DNA of 64,000 bases from Selaginella moellendorffii (lineage: Eukaryota; Plantae; Lycopodiophyta). Positions 37,114 to 49,400 of this stretch are shown here, piece after piece. The notes under the pieces were generated by a model. That model ran no database searches. It was not told the DNA's origin and was given only the letters and a program-made list of their open reading frames with translations. The stretch covers positions 834,365-898,364 of the forward strand of contig NW_003314319.1 in assembly GCF_000143415.4 (NCBI RefSeq). Direction: 5' to 3'. A program made the translations under genes and the position numbers. Position 1 is the first letter of the stretch, and each line of letters opens with the position of its first letter.

Positions 37114-39994
37114 ATGGCATGTGGCCCTTTGCACTAGTATATCTTAATACCGGTCTGAGAAATAGAATGGCATGTGCCCTCAGGCCTTTTACTAAATCAC
37201 CTTTGAAAGAAATGCAAGCCTCTATGTCGTAAAAAAAAGGTACTAGAGAAATTCCTTAATAATATGAATGTTATTTAGTTTCATGAAAATACACTAAGGG
37301 TCAAATGAGTTAAATGACTTCTCCAGACTAGCAATGCCTCTTGCTACACCTTCACAATTAGATTCGTTAGAAAAAGATAACATTGAATAATATCTAAATG
37401 TTCTCACCATTAAGTTATATGTCTGGCTAATAGGAATGACGTTCATCTTGGAAAGCTCACCACACGCTCAATGAACAAACAAATAGTGTGTGCGCGCATG
37501 CCATCGCTCTTCTTTAGCTTCAGATTCGGCTTGTTCACCTTGACAATGAGATTTATTATACAACCAGATGGACTCAGTCTGGACACAAAGTCACCGCGCT
37601 AGTCACCATGCCCCAGATATGTCTAGCCCCTGGACAAAAAACATATAATTTCACGTCATTTTCAAATACTTGAAAATTTGTACCTAGTCCCATTTTACTG
37701 AATAAATCCCACTTTAACGAAATAGAGCTTGTGTCCTCATTTTCCAAACCATCACCGCGCCCTAGTGATTTGGGACTCAAACCCAAGCACTAGAAGGTCA
37801 GGACTCAAACCCAACCTCCGTATATGCATCTACGGATGACATCACCCAGGATGCCTGGCGTGACTCCCCACGCCGGTGCACCAACATATACTTAAAGTGC
37901 GCTACAGATAATAGTTTAGGAATCTAGTTCCTCCACACTACCAAGTCCTCTCATTTTATAAGTCTGTGATCATGCATGGACTCTTCCATGCTTGGCCCCA
38001 TGGGCCACCCTTATAAAAGTTAGCACCTTCAACTAGGGGGTTTGTTCCCCTGACTTGCCAATTTCACTACACAAGTCATCCAACCAACGTAACATGGTTT
38101 CATGAAAGTCCTTGACTATCAACTTTCGTTCAAAGCCATCCCTTTGAAAACTTGGAGACTACTTCCCTAACGTTGATAGCATTTCCTCATGGCAAGCTTC
38201 AAAATCACGCTTCAGCTGCACCACTCTGATTTTGCGCGTTCTATGAACCATTTACCCTTGGCTTTCTAAGTACTAAGCTGCTTAGAATTGTCTTTGGGAA
38301 CCTTGAAAGAACTCTGTCCTTTAGCTTGCTAAGGCCTCTCTTTTCGCAAGCTTTCTAATTGCCATATGGTCTAACATAGACCATTCCATGCTTTAGACTC
38401 TCTATGGCATCACGGTTACTAATGACAACATGTTTGAGCGCCCATTTGATTCTCCACTCCCAACTAGCATAACCATCTTTGGTTATGCTCTTTAATCCCT
38501 ATACTTTGGTTCTATCCCCTTCCTACTTGCTTTTGGCCTCACATCTTTCCTTTAATTATTCTCCTCCAAACTAGGAGGATAGCTTTGCACTTTCTACCAT
38601 GCCTTAGCAAGTATTCTTAAGGATGAACCTACCCGATAGCTTAGGGAGTGGTTTCTCAATCCGGATATCCTCACCTTATAATCCCACACATTGGGATTAA
38701 CATTGCCACTTATGGGCTTTTATATGCCCATCACTAGCCTTGCCAAAATTCCATTTTTGGCTTTGTCCAATTCGGGTAGATGGACTTCTTCCATCTCCAC
38801 TACTTTGGACATTTGGATAGGACCTTTTATCCATCATTCGCTAGGGATTTAGTCCCTTTGGGCTTTATCTATTGCCCTTGCAACATCAAACAACACCTCC
38901 TGGTATTCTAAAGTGTTTAGGTGTCCCAAATAATGGCCTCTTTGACAATGGGCATTCTCTTTATGATATTGACTTATTATATCACAACATAAGCAATTCA
39001 TTCCCTATAAGGGTAGATCTAACTTTCTTATCCCAATAAAAAGTCTTAGGTAGTTACCTTCTACCAGTTTCATCAATTATTTTGCATCTTTTTGCTTAGT
39101 TGCCTTATAATTGTCAAATCTTACAACTCATTGCTGGTGCTTCCACATCTCCATCCTTGTTTGGGTCACCATGCTCTACCACATACCTTCCAGCTTAGGC
39201 TATGCCATTCCTATTTCTATTGGGATTCCCTTGGCAAAGGGTTCTCATGAACCCACCAACATAACCTCAAGGTATCACACTTTGGCACATTTGGTGTCTC
39301 CACACTATCGGCTCCGCGAGCCTACCTTTATGACACTTGCACTCGTGTCTAGGTCTTTTGCAAAGACCAACACAGTCGTTTCTCATGCCAACTATCCGTT
39401 AGCACTTCACCACAGTGTTCTCACACAACTCTGCACCAAAGTTGCTTTCTTCTGGGAACACTTTTCCCATGAATTTAGTATGGCTCATTCTACCACCCAT
39501 GAGATACTCGCTTGTCTGTCCGTATTCACTCTAGTCTTGGACTTCCCAGTGGTTATCCCATCACCCAACATCTAGGCATAGCCTTCCTGGGCCAAACTAG
39601 CCTTTCTTGGCCAAACTGGCTCCACTGGAATCCTCCCCCCACTATGCTTTTGGAGCTCACTAAACCCCTAGGGTCTGGGAGATGAATGCTTTAGGCTTTC
39701 ACCCTCTTAGACTCGAAGTCGGACTCCGACTTGGGCTCAGTCTTGGCCTCAGCCTCAGTTTCAGTCTCGGTTTCGATCTCAGTCCCGGTCTCGGTCTTGG
39801 TCTCGGTCCCGGTCTCAGTCTCAGTCTCGACTTCAGACTCCATCTCAGGTCCTTCTCGAACTCCATCTCGGATTCCATCTTGGGTCCATCTCAGACTCCA
39901 TCTCGGATTCCATCTCGGGTCCATCTCGGACCGCAACCCAATGGTTTGGCGTGTTGCCTCCCGTTAAACACCATCCTGATTCATTCTCTCTCCG

Positions 39995-41640
39995 CTTACC
40001 TGGCGATGACGTGGACAATGATTGGAGGGTGCGGCAGCATTTCCATGACAACATTGTGTGGATCACTGTGAAGAAAGATGCTTCGGAGGACGATCTCAAG
40101 GCCCAGCTCCTCAACGCTCTTGAATGGGGTGAAATGAAAGAGAGGATTTTATAGCAGGGCCATCCTCTGGCCAGATCCTGGTGACAACCAGAAAGGAAGG
40201 CATTTTGCATCCGGATGCAAAGGCATTTGCTGTGCATGAGCTATCAATGGACGAAAGCAAAAAGATGTTTTGGAAGTTTGCCTTCAGTGTGCATGATCCA
40301 CAACCCAGTGACCCTGATGTTGTGGGATTTGCCAAGAAAATAGCTCGAAAATGTGAGGGACTTCCTCTCGCTCTGGAAGTGATTGGCAGTGCCATGGCTG
40401 TCCACAGAAGAGAAGGGCCACATGTGTGGGAAGAACGATATAAGAGGTTGCACTTGTCCAATGACCCAGATGTTGAGAAGCAGATGTTCAAACGCTTGAA
40501 GTTCAGCTATGACGAGCTGGGAAACTATGAGGGTGAAAAGCTGCAAGAGTGCTTTCTCTATGTGGCTGCATTCCCACACAAATTAATTGAATTTAGTTCC
40601 TTGAGCAAATGTTGGATGGAGGTTGGGTCAGAACTCTCACCCACAGCGATTGTCAATGAACTGGAACGGAGATGCCTGGTCAAGATAGATAAGTCTTGGG
40701 GGTATGAAGAAGCTCCTGGTTATATAATCGTACACGATATGCTACCATCTGACTCACTTTTGTTCCTCGAATGTCAAGCACTTGAAGGTTTTTCAGCTTG
40801 GAAATGCTCTCTGGAATAAAATGGATCCTAGAGCATCGCCACAAGCTCAATACCTTGACACCTTGTATGTGATTGATAAGACTGTCATCCACATTAGAAA
40901 GTCCTATACATTCATCCATAAGTATAGCGCTTTTCAGCCTGACATCACTGAAATATCTAAAATCTACTTAGTGGACGCCCATAAAGTGTAACATTGCATT
41001 ACTGCCCCAGCTCTCCAACTTGGAAGAGCTGGAGCTGAGCCTTGATTCAAAAGAGGAGTCATCAGTTGTGGATTTGACTGGAATTTCACGTAAACTAAGA
41101 CTTCTAGATCTAAGAATGACACATGGTACAATGAAGGTGCCAGAAAGCATGGGGACACTGGAGCACATTGAAACATTGGTTTTACATGCAAACAACATTG
41201 ACTTTGCCAGTTTCGTTGGGTTATGGCAACTTGTCAACCTAACAAAATGTCTAATTCGTGTGAGAACCGTCAGCAGAGCTACTTGGAAACAAATGTTTAT
41301 GAAATCAATCAAGCTTCAACATTTTTCCATCGTTGGGGTAGAAGACAGTGAAAGTAGTGATGACAGCTTCGAATGGTTGCAACTACGATATTTAGACATC
41401 CGTGATATCATAAACCTATCTTGGTTGCCCCACGGCCTAGAAACATTTTTTTATTAAATGCAATCGTATCCACTTCTTCAACCGGATGGATCATTCCCAA
41501 GTCTTGAAAGGCTGTGGCTTACTAATCTACGCATTGCACAGTCAAAATTCAAGGATGATTTGGCTGCCAGTCTTCCAAATCTGAAAGAGTTGCACTTTTG
41601 GCTAGCTCCTGATATTGAATGGGAGCAATTGCCTCTCTTC
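39995..41640 (+). pseudogene. NB-ARC-LRR (NLR) pseudogene copy 1, with Walker-B region deleted and an internal inversion at ~40746-40926
   Basis: RQHFHDNIVWITV (RNBS-A), ILVTTR, KCEGLPLALEVIG, LKFSYDEL, IVHDML and LRRs; paralogous to 61687-63510. Confidence 0.88.
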
Positions 41641-41749
41641 ACGAGAGCCTGCATTTTCGTCGCAGCGCCCTGGATGTACACGGCCTGGATCCGCTTCTCA
41701 CGCTCGATGCGCAGAGTGAGAGGCAACCCCTGCGTTAATCCGAGGCACG

Positions 41750-42383
41750 CTCCCATTCGCCTCCCAACAGTCCAACCCATTTGCTACGGGCTTCAGGATC
41801 CAAGAGGGCATTCACCACCTCATCCAGCAGTTGCTCATGGCCCCCAAACATGGGATCAGGAAAAACACGCCGTACATATTTTTTTGCAGGGCCTCTGTCT
41901 TGCGGGGAACTCCGTACGGCGAAGCTAGTGCTCGGCTGTATCACTCTCAACCCTTCTCGCTCGTACCTTTCAATTTTCGGAAGGAGATCGTCCTCGTAGC
42001 TGTGTATCAGCTCCGAGATCTTGTCACAACGCTTCTCCCTGTGAAACATCCATAGATCATTTAGCTGTACTGTTAAAGCTCTCAAGTTTATATGCTTACT
42101 GTGATCCCAGCAGTGCTTGCGCCTTGTCGTTCCATTTTGTGACAAGATTAAGACACTCCTCGGCTCCATCAGAGTAGCGGAACTCTGGATTCCGGTGCTT
42201 GTGAGTATTAAACTTGTTAAGCATGGCCTGAATGCTGGTCGCCGCCTTGTCCAGCTTCGCAATGTCCACATTCAGCTCGTGTCCTGACTTTCGATCTGCG
42301 ACAGGAGATCGTGGCAGGAGCTTATGCACTCCATAATAGGAATGGAGTCCTTTTAAAACCGTTGTTTCGGCTCTCTGGTACAT
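41750..42383 (-). pseudogene. Probable NLR N-terminal fragment (helical domain plus start of NB-ARC, broken at the P-loop)
   Basis: MFGGHEQLLDEVVNALLDPEARSKWVGLLGG resembles the segment just before an NB-ARC P-loop; frameshifted. Confidence 0.55.
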
Positions 42384-42779
42384 AGCATGTCAAGCTTGCG
42401 AGCCTTTGAATCATTTGAGAGCATAGCCTGTGTGGAACTTGTCTGCGTCAATTCTCGACAGCAGAAGCAGCGAGAAGAATTTAAAGTTCCAAGTGTAAGC
42501 AAACCAAGACTTGTATGTACCTTGAATGAAACTTAACACGAAACAATTAGTTCGATGCTTTACACCAATCAAAGCTTTGAACAAATAGCACATGCTCCTA
42601 CGCTTTCCCAATACACAAAACACGGAGCACTGGAAAAAGGATACGCGATTACCCTTGATAGCAAAGAAACAAACTCTACTTACAGTATAAACCCCGCTTA
42701 TCGTCCTAATTTTCAAAACCGCTCTGGCCACCACAGGCAAAACATCACGCACGGGTCCATTCTAACAAAAACCTGACCT

Positions 42780-44539
42780 TCATGCCGCAACAGGAGAATC
42801 CGGAGCTGATCCAATCGAAGAACCTTCGGGATCCTTAGGCAAGGCAACGTAATTCATCATCGGAGAGTAGCGTTTCACCCGGTTAACCTTTTGATTGCTA
42901 GCCTTCGGTGCGGGTAAGAGCTCAGGGACTATCGAAAGTCGTCGGTTTGCATTGTTTCCACTCACGCGAAGTCCCACCTGTCCCTTTTTGGACGGCTTTG
43001 TGCCGTAGAGCAGCTCCTGCTCAGTTTGCAGTTGCTCCTGCATTCTCTTCTCCTCCTGCATTTAGCCAGTTAACGTCTTAACAGGCACTAAACTGCAGAG
43101 TTACCCTCAGTCGGCGCTTTTCTTCTTCTTTCTCTCGTCGTAGCAAGCTATATTCTTCTAGAATTGCCAGTAGAGAAATCTGCAAAGCACTTTCAGAAGC
43201 GTCTACGAAATCACTTACGTACCCCGTTATATAAGAAGGGCCTGCCTCTTTCGTCCTCCCAAGACCGCATTTTGGACTTCAATAATTCAAGAAGATCTGC
43301 AAAAAGGTTGTGAAAACTGAGAAAAGAAATAGCAACGCATTGGGGAGTTTGGCCACGATGACACGAGCTCTTTCTGCACGTTTTAGACTCAAATGTGCTC
43401 CTCTGGTTGCATTGAAGCGGCTTTCATCCTACAATCGAAAATGAATAAGTGAAATAGCATAACGCTCATACCTTATTGTATTCTTCAAGCCAGCTTTCTT
43501 CTTCACACGCACTAATCCACCGTTCCATTCATTCCATTATATCTTGTCTGCCGAGTGATTCTTCCTTCTCCTCGGCGATACTACTTTCGATTGTAGCAAG
43601 TAGTTCTGACAAGTCCACTATCCCTGTGCACACGAAACATCAGCCAGGAAATGCACACAGAATAAATTTATACCTGACTCCCGATCGTCTTGGCTAAGTT
43701 CTCTAGCGTCTCATCGCTAATACTTCTGCTCTGGCCTGGATCACAAAGGCTCGGATGCACTTCCTTGACAGCCTCGGTGTAGTCTGCCCCCAACAGGACG
43801 CAATATCCCTGCAGAACCTCGAGAAGCTCTGAGAATTTGTGGAGCCGGCTACTCTGGAAATGTCACTTGTAAGAAAAAAGAATGCCAACCGTGCCAATAC
43901 AAACCAACCTTTACATCCTGAAGCTCTTGAACCTGGCAATGGTACTCATACAGCTTTCTCAGCAACAAACCTTTCCAAGAAAAAGCTCCATTCTCGGCCT
44001 CTTGCAATGCCCCTGGCGATATCTCCTGAGAGAGCCTTTGTATCTGGCATTGCACGTCCTCAAATTGCTTCAGCCGCTCCTCTTTCCTCAGACGCAAGCA
44101 TTCTAACTGAGGTGAGACGGACAAGAGCTGCTCCCGCAGAGTAGTGCCGACCTCTTCTCTAACTGAAAGGAAGAACAACGGGCATTGGAAAAGCACTGTG
44201 AGATGGATCAAACAAAGCATACCGTGCAAGGGCGATCACCCAGGAGCAACAGGAGCGACGCGATCTCCGACTCGGAATCCGCCAGCAGCTGGTGCAGCCC
44301 AGCCCTCACGCAATTCGCTTGATCCACCTTCCGCCGGTACACATCCAGGCATTCTTGCTCCAGCTGGAGCAGCATTCTGTCCCTCTCCTCGTCGCCCTCC
44401 CCCATCTCCTCCCAGATGCTCTACGCGCGGCCGATCCACCGCGATCGTGAGAAACTGCAGAGGCAATATTTCGCGAGCACCCGAGGCTTACCTGGAGCTC
44501 CCGCAGCAGCGATCAGTAAGTCGTGTCCTCGCCTTCCAT
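42780..44539 (-). pseudogene. MAP65: 65-kDa microtubule-associated protein (MAP65/Ase1) pseudogene
   Basis: MEGEDTTY*SLLRELQ (early TGA), MGEGDEERDRMLLQLEQECLDVYRRKVD, EVHPSL...[36 protein letters not shown] and TEQELLYGTKPS. Short introns; central part missing. Confidence 0.85.
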
Positions 44540-45350
44540 GGCCTCCAGAATCAAAATGCGCGTCCTTAGATCAATCAGCTCTCGACATTCTTTGCAGCTG
44601 GAGAAAAAGTTCTAAGATAAAAAACGAAGAAACAATAGAAACAATAGAAAACTTACCGCGTTCTTGGCCTTCTTCGTTCCAACTCTACTCACGAGCGTGT
44701 TCTTCCGATCGATCCTCATTTCTCGATCCACCTCGCGTTGCCGTAATCCTTCATGTACGAAACACCACGAACTCTAGGTTCCATTCTTAACACCTGTGAA
44801 GAAAAAAGCGGCAAAAGGAACGAAAGATGACCATTCGCAAGATCCTGGACGAGAATGCGGTACCTTGTTCGATACTACTGGCACGATCTTCAGGGTATCA
44901 AAAAGCCTGAGAGCAAACATGGTCGGATTCCAGGCACCGGCTTCACTGTTCGCATTCGCTCCAACGAAATCCACACCGATGCGCCGATCTTGGTCTTACT
45001 CAAAGCGGTGGAAGCACATTCTTCCTGTAGAGGAGAATACATAACCTTGTTGATCTGCGCGTTGGCGGTGTTCCAGTAGGATGTTTTACTGGTAACGGTG
45101 GATCATAGCGCCTGCTGAGCATACCGGCGAGCGATCTATCTCCTCATCAATTCTTGCACACATGAAAACGCGAGACCTGGAATACTGGTCATCGACACCC
45201 GATGCCGCTACACCGTCGTCATGCATCGGCTGTGCGAAATTTGGGGTGCCCCACGAACCGGATCGAGACTAGCAGCTCCGAAAAATCCACAATACCCTTG
45301 GATGTGATGGCAGCGCCGGGAACAAGACGCGCGCAGCGAGCAAAAGAACT

Positions 45351-45458
45351 CTTATGGATGGTGTAGCTGCTGGCAAGGCCGAGCGCCCGGACCAAACCAA
45401 TGGATTGATGCGCAGCTCCAGCGGCGCCATTGCCGATGCTGACCGCGCGGCGCACCAC
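45351..45458 (-). pseudogene. ELM1: Mitochondrial fission protein ELM1 N-terminal fragment
   Basis: VVRRAVSIGNGAAGAAHQSIGLVRALGL matches the recalled ELM1 motif RRAVIIGNG..G.ENQ.IGLV.ALGL. Confidence 0.65.
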
Positions 45459-45608
45459 AATCGACAATCCCCGGAATACGAGAGTCATCCCCATCCAAAC
45501 GGGTTTACAATCCTTCAACCCTACCGGAGAACATCCGGGGTTCGAATCCTGACAGCTACTAGCAACAGTCGCGGGTTCGACTCCCAGTGCTCCAGTGTGG
45601 AAATGGTT

Positions 45609-45808
45609 CTAAAATGGGTGTAAACTTGGGCGAGGCTTACTAGACAATGAGCTAGGGCAATCAACAATAAGAGCTCCCGCAATATCCTTTATTGCTGCCT
45701 TACTACATCCTAAGAAGTCCTTGCTGATCCGATGCTCAATCCTCTGTAACAAACCTTTCCCCGCCACGTTAGATCTCCCTGCCAAGTCATCCCTCCACAT
45801 GTTCTGTG
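45609..45808 (-). repeat. Inverted partial copy of the family-D LTR
   Basis: Reverse complement aligns to 45955-46212 (ACATGTGGAGGGATGACTTGGCAGGGAGATCT...CCCATTTTA). Confidence 0.8.
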
Positions 45809-46490
45809 TTATTACCTTTTAACAAATCAAGGTTATTGTCCTACTGGCTCATTATTGGCTACTATAGCATTATAGGCTCTTCTCCTTTCTCGGGTTTGGC
45901 ACAATCAAGGCTGTTGTAGCAGCCAATAACAAGCCCGTAGAACAAAGTGAGGTAGAACATGTGGAGGGATGACTTGGCAGGGAGATCTGATGTGGCGGGG
46001 AGGGGTCTGTTATAGAGGATTAGGCTGCGGATCAGTAGGGACTTCTTGGGATGCAGCAGGGCAGCGATAAAGGATGTGGCAGGAGCTAGGGCTGGGGGGA
46101 GGATTGGCTTGGAAACGGCATAACAAGCAAGGGTGATCAAGATCTGAGCACAATAAGGGCTTTGACCGGATGTGGACTCTAGTAAGCCTCTCCCGGGCTT
46201 ACGCCCATTTTATGGTGGAGATGAGAGGCACCTCATCACATCACTGGAGTCTATATGAATTTTCCTTTTCAATTCCATTTCTAGCATGACTGAAATTTTG
46301 AGCATGAGGTGCATTGTGCAGTAACATGCCTGCGTGGAGGACATGCATGGCCAAAAGGACTTTCCTGGCTAGGATAGCTAGTGTGACCAAGAGGTTTGGT
46401 CACAAGGCATGGCATCCAAACGTTGGAGCCGCCATACATCCAGCCAGGGGTTGAGGAATGAGCTGAGCTGAGGAGGCCAGTGGTGGGGGG

Positions 46491-49400
46491 TGTAAGCGAC
46501 TAATTTTTTCCATTCTACTATAGTCACTTAACCGCACCTCCGACCACTTGGAGGAGTCTCATTCACAACCTCCATAAGTCCCACCCAAGACTTGGGGCTT
46601 GCTAGCCCCGAGAATGACATCCATGCCACTTAACCTTTGCACTTGGTTCAAGTGCTCCACGTGTCCAGTCCCATGACCGACACCCCAAGGCACCACCAAC
46701 ATACCGGCCCGTTACGCTATGCCATGCCCAATCACCTTGGTCACATCGATGGTCCAACACCACTTGCATTGCAATCCCGTCTCTCCAAGACTGGGCCATC
46801 CATCCATGAGTGGTCATCTTAGATCCACTCCTTAGCATCCTTAGGATGCCCATAGACATGGGGAATAGCCTTCCCCAATATCTCCTTTTTGGTCCCCACC
46901 AAGTCCCTCTCTGTCCTTGGCCTAATTTGCCAACATTGCCATTGGATCAAGGCCCACAGGCCCGACCACTAAGTCCCACGGTCCTCTAGGATTTCCTCAC
47001 CACACGATTGTATCCTTGGTCACTACACCAGAGGACTACTCCTCTTCCTTTCCACAGTCTAGGCCTTTGGGACAACATTTCGGAACACCGTGGCCTTATG
47101 CAAGCCTCGTGGGTACTTCTGCATTTGGGTGCTCTAGCCATGGGCTTAGAGCGAGGTTCCATTGAGCCACGCATGGTATCCAAGTAGGTAGTGCCACCCA
47201 CACTTGGACTGGGAGCATCGGCCAGTCGATCTCCCGGGGGAATTAGAGCCGGCTCTTGAACACTTCACCAAACTACCTCGCTTGTCAATCTGTGTTGGAC
47301 TTCCCAGTGGGCAGCTCATCACCCAACACTGAGTACAGCCTTCTTGAGCCAAACTGGCCTTTCCTGGCCAAACTGGTTCCACTGCAGTCCTCCCCTTACT
47401 ATACTTTTGGAGCTCACCAAACCCCCCAGGGTCTGGGAGATGAATGCTTTGGGCTTTCACCCTCTGAGACTTGAACTCGGACTTGGACTCGGACTCAGAA
47501 TCAGACTCGGACTTGGACTCGGGCTCGGTCTCGGCCTCAGCCTCGGTCTCGGTCTCGGTCCCGATCTCAGTCTCGGTCTCGGTCTCGGTCTCGGTCCCGG
47601 TCTCGGTCTCGACCTCGAACTCCATCTCGGGTCCTTCTCGGACTCCATTTCGGATCCCATCTCAGACTCCATCTTGGACTCCGTCTCGGTCCATCTCGGA
47701 CTCCATCTTGGATCCATCTCGGACTCCATCTCGGGTCCATCTCGGACTCCATCTCGGACTCTGTCTCGGTTCATCTCGGACTCCATCTCGGACTCCAACT
47801 TGGGTCCATCTCGGACTCCATCTCGGACTCCATCTTGGATCCATCTCGGACTCCATCTCAGACTCCGTCTTGGTCCATCTTGGACTCCATCTCAGACTCA
47901 TCCACGTGTCACATGTTGGTCCTTTTGGGTCCCTTTTTGGAGCCTCGCTTATTGCTCGCTTCGTACTTGTTCCTCGAGCCCTTCGCTGGGAGTTCCACTC
48001 CCGCTTTCGGCCTTTCAAATCGGAGCTTTCGGTCCAAACGTGTTACACTCGTTTGGCTTTCGCTTCGGCCACTACCACGTGGCACCCTTTCGGCTCCACT
48101 TTGGGGCCTAGGGATTTTGTGTCTCACAACTCCACCACCCATAGAAGAAGTTCGATGTCCTCATCAAACAGTAATCCCTTTTATAAAGTAACACCCACAT
48201 GTATTACTGTTCCCATCCTTGGCACCTGGCCAATATTTGTCTATGGTTTGATACTGAAGGTTCACCATGCCTTGTCCATCCTCTAAGAGGCATAGCCTCT
48301 CCAACTTAAAGGCTCATTTGGCCATCTGGGGTGGTTTGCTCCCTTTTATTGGTTTAGTTCTCGCTAAACCTGTTAGAGACACCCTCTCTAACTCAATTCC
48401 ACTACTCATTCTTGAGTTGTCTCAGATTCCATCAACATAACACTTTGGAACTTTTAATTTTGACTTCTCAGAGTCAATTTCCTAAGTGTCTCCGACACCT
48501 TACGTTGCACATGGTGCAACTCCACTTCCCCATCCTAAGAAGTTCTTTACTTGAGGGCACCATCATCCTCTCTTCGATATCATGCCACCTTTCGCACTAA
48601 GTTCCAGTTATTATAATTTGTGCTAGGGCTGCCCACAGCCCTATTATTTGGTTACCTTACCGCTCCCTTTTTTAGAGCATCCACTTTCGCTAAATCAGAG
48701 TGGTTGGGAATCCATCCTTGGGGAAACATTGCCTTTCTCACAATCCGTTAGCACTCAACACATAAGCTCTATTTCGTTAAAGTGGAAATTGTCATTATCC
48801 CACTTGTAAAATAAGGTTTCCAAACCTTTATATAGTATATAAATATAACAAAATTCAACTGCATTGAGGCACATGCCATTTTATTTTAAACAAGGAAATG
48901 TCTACTCAATCACTTCTCCTCCCCCTGCCACTGCTTCACATCTCTCTTCTCCTTGTCATCGTCGTCCAATTTCTTTCCATCCTTTTAATATTGGCTTAGT
49001 TGCTCCGAGTCTAGGTGGAGCCCAAGTCCCCATTCAATCTTTACTTTCCCCTTATTAATAAAATAACTTCGTAGACTTCCAATAACATGCTGTAACACTT
49101 CTAGTATAATGCAAATCCTCTCAAAGAATTGTCTTTTAATATTAATACAATGGCATGGAACCCCATGCCATAATAAGTTACATTTTTAAATAAATACATG
49201 CCATCTCAGACTGTTATTTTTTGCCTCCAACGCCTATACAATAATCTTGGAATTTCATCGCTCTCCACACTATCAGGATTTAAACCCAATAGTAATGCCA
49301 TCTCTTCTCTAATACTTCCACGCTCATGTTCAGTGGTCGAAGAACCCATCCGGTTGAGCAGATTATGGAGATGCGGATAGTGCTTGGCTAGACAATATAC

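Larger units (their letters stand above)
25273..37730 (+). mobile_element. 12.46-kb cut-and-paste DNA transposon (Sola-like) with 24-bp TIRs and 4-bp TSD GTGT
   Basis: AAGCTCTATTTCGTTAAAGTGGGA at 25273 and its exact reverse complement ending at 37730; GTGT at 25269-25272 and 37731-37734. The empty site AAAAATGAGTGT|CCTTA is visible in the paralogous B copy at ~50414-50430. Confidence 0.93.
14644..39930 (-). mobile_element. LTR retroelement family B copy 1, with non-coding internal region, hosting element C and the Sola-like transposon; 5' part deleted or truncated
   Basis: 3' LTR 14644-16312 with adjacent PPT (minus strand GGGTGGTGGAGT). Internal region is colinear with 48129-52190. It jumps at ~39507 into an LTR fragment that ends at ~39930. 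Confidence 0.85.

Noticed and set aside
25659-37190. Palindromic repeats as a CRISPR array
   Set aside because: Irregular spacing from tens of bp to kb, degenerate copies, location in introns and exons, no cas genes, eukaryotic context.
45535-45595. Two GGTTCGA T-loop motifs as tRNA genes
   Set aside because: No D-arm, anticodon arm or acceptor stem could be built; at most tRNA- or SINE-derived fragments.
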